This document shows positions 63,837-64,000 of a stretch of DNA of 64,000 nt, one piece after another. The DNA comes from Lachnospiraceae bacterium. GTDB lineage: Bacteria; Bacillota; Clostridia; Lachnospirales; Lachnospiraceae. How positions within the stretch are numbered: position 1 is the first letter of the stretch; every line of letters starts with the position of its first letter. The position numbers and the translations under genes were made by a program. Under the pieces are notes generated by a model. That model saw nothing but the letters and a program-made list of their open reading frames with translations. It had not been told where the DNA came from and did not search any database. Location: NCBI GenBank assembly GCA_034086685.1, contig JAXDZY010000028.1, positions 2,057-66,056 on the forward strand, given 5' to 3'.

Positions 63837-64000
63837 CTACCATTTTCTGTGGGAACAGTGAGCTGCTTTTGCTGCCGCCCGAAGTTCCACATAACATCCG
63901 CAGGCAAGGCAGGTTCCTTCATTCAGCTTTTCACACTCTTTACAGATGGCCAGTCTTCTTTCGTATTCTTCATCTGAAACCTGATCGCTCTTTTTGATTG
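63837..64000 (-). CDS. C-terminal part of a small Cys-rich protein (CxxC...CxxC; DUF6171-like guess); 5' end outside the window
   Basis: Own translation gives ...IKKSDQVSDEEYERRLAICKECEKLNEGTCLACGCYVELRAAAKAAHCSHRKW* with the stop at 63837..63839. Confidence 0.45.
   Translation of the reverse strand, partial: IKKSDQVSDEEYERRLAICKECEKLNEGTCLACGCYVELRAAAKAAHCSHRKW

Noticed and set aside
1-64000. CRISPR arrays, rRNA genes, IS elements and toxin-antitoxin or restriction-modification type defence modules
   Set aside because: I scanned for regularly spaced direct repeats, transposase/integrase-like ORFs and typical small paired ORFs and found none. The only AAA ATPase (29528..30925) stands alone, without nuclease or partner genes.

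Overview
64-kb chromosomal window, probably from a Gram-positive anaerobe of the Clostridia (inferred from lipoprotein signal peptides, a T-box leader, split transketolase and the gene families present). No database search was possible. Nearly all genes are on the minus strand.

Layout:
(1) 1-15.3 kb: a visibly AT-richer operon of about 15 genes for a Wzx/Wzy-type, rhamnose-containing surface polysaccharide. It encodes a priming phosphotransferase, two GT2s, a DUF616-like protein, an EpsG-type polymerase split at a homopolymer, a TupA-like ATP-grasp, a flippase, an O-acyltransferase, rmlA/B/D/C plus an extra SDR, and an O-antigen-ligase-like/TPR protein. It is driven by a near-consensus promoter that abuts a perfect 16-bp palindrome.
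(2) 15.7-18.8 kb: a COG2984-type ABC importer behind a T-box leader with a UGG (Trp) specifier.
(3) A secreted ComEC-like MBL lipoprotein.
(4) 20.2-24.3 kb: a selenium-handling cluster of selD, a NifS-like gene, yedE, yedF and DUF3343.
(5) UPF0371, a large secreted lipase-like/Ig-FN3 protein, an aldo-keto reductase and an AAA ATPase.
(6) 31.1-57.6 kb: an arabinan/arabinose utilisation region bracketed by two near-identical tRNA-Gly(GCC) transcription units.
- A 14.5-kb GH43-led operon carries two ATPase-less sugar ABC importers and three atypical proteins: a 1006-aa beta-sandwich+SBP fusion, an NHL-propeller/TPR/Yip1 membrane fusion, and a secreted unknown of about 780 aa.
- A GH51 gene with an ArsR-like regulator.
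- An araA-araD-kinase-transaldolase-split-transketolase operon with a divergent AraC-type regulator.
(7) 57.7-63.4 kb: a second AraNPQ-like importer with GH51 and YesL.

No transposase, integrase, CRISPR array or rRNA was seen.

Best candidates for something undescribed:
- The GH43-led operon with its Yip1/NHL fusion and accessory proteins.
- A TATTTTA-N8-TAAAATA inverted repeat at an identical position in three promoters of the arabinan regulon.

All start codons are judged by eye from RBS context. Family names come from recognised sequence motifs, not from searches.
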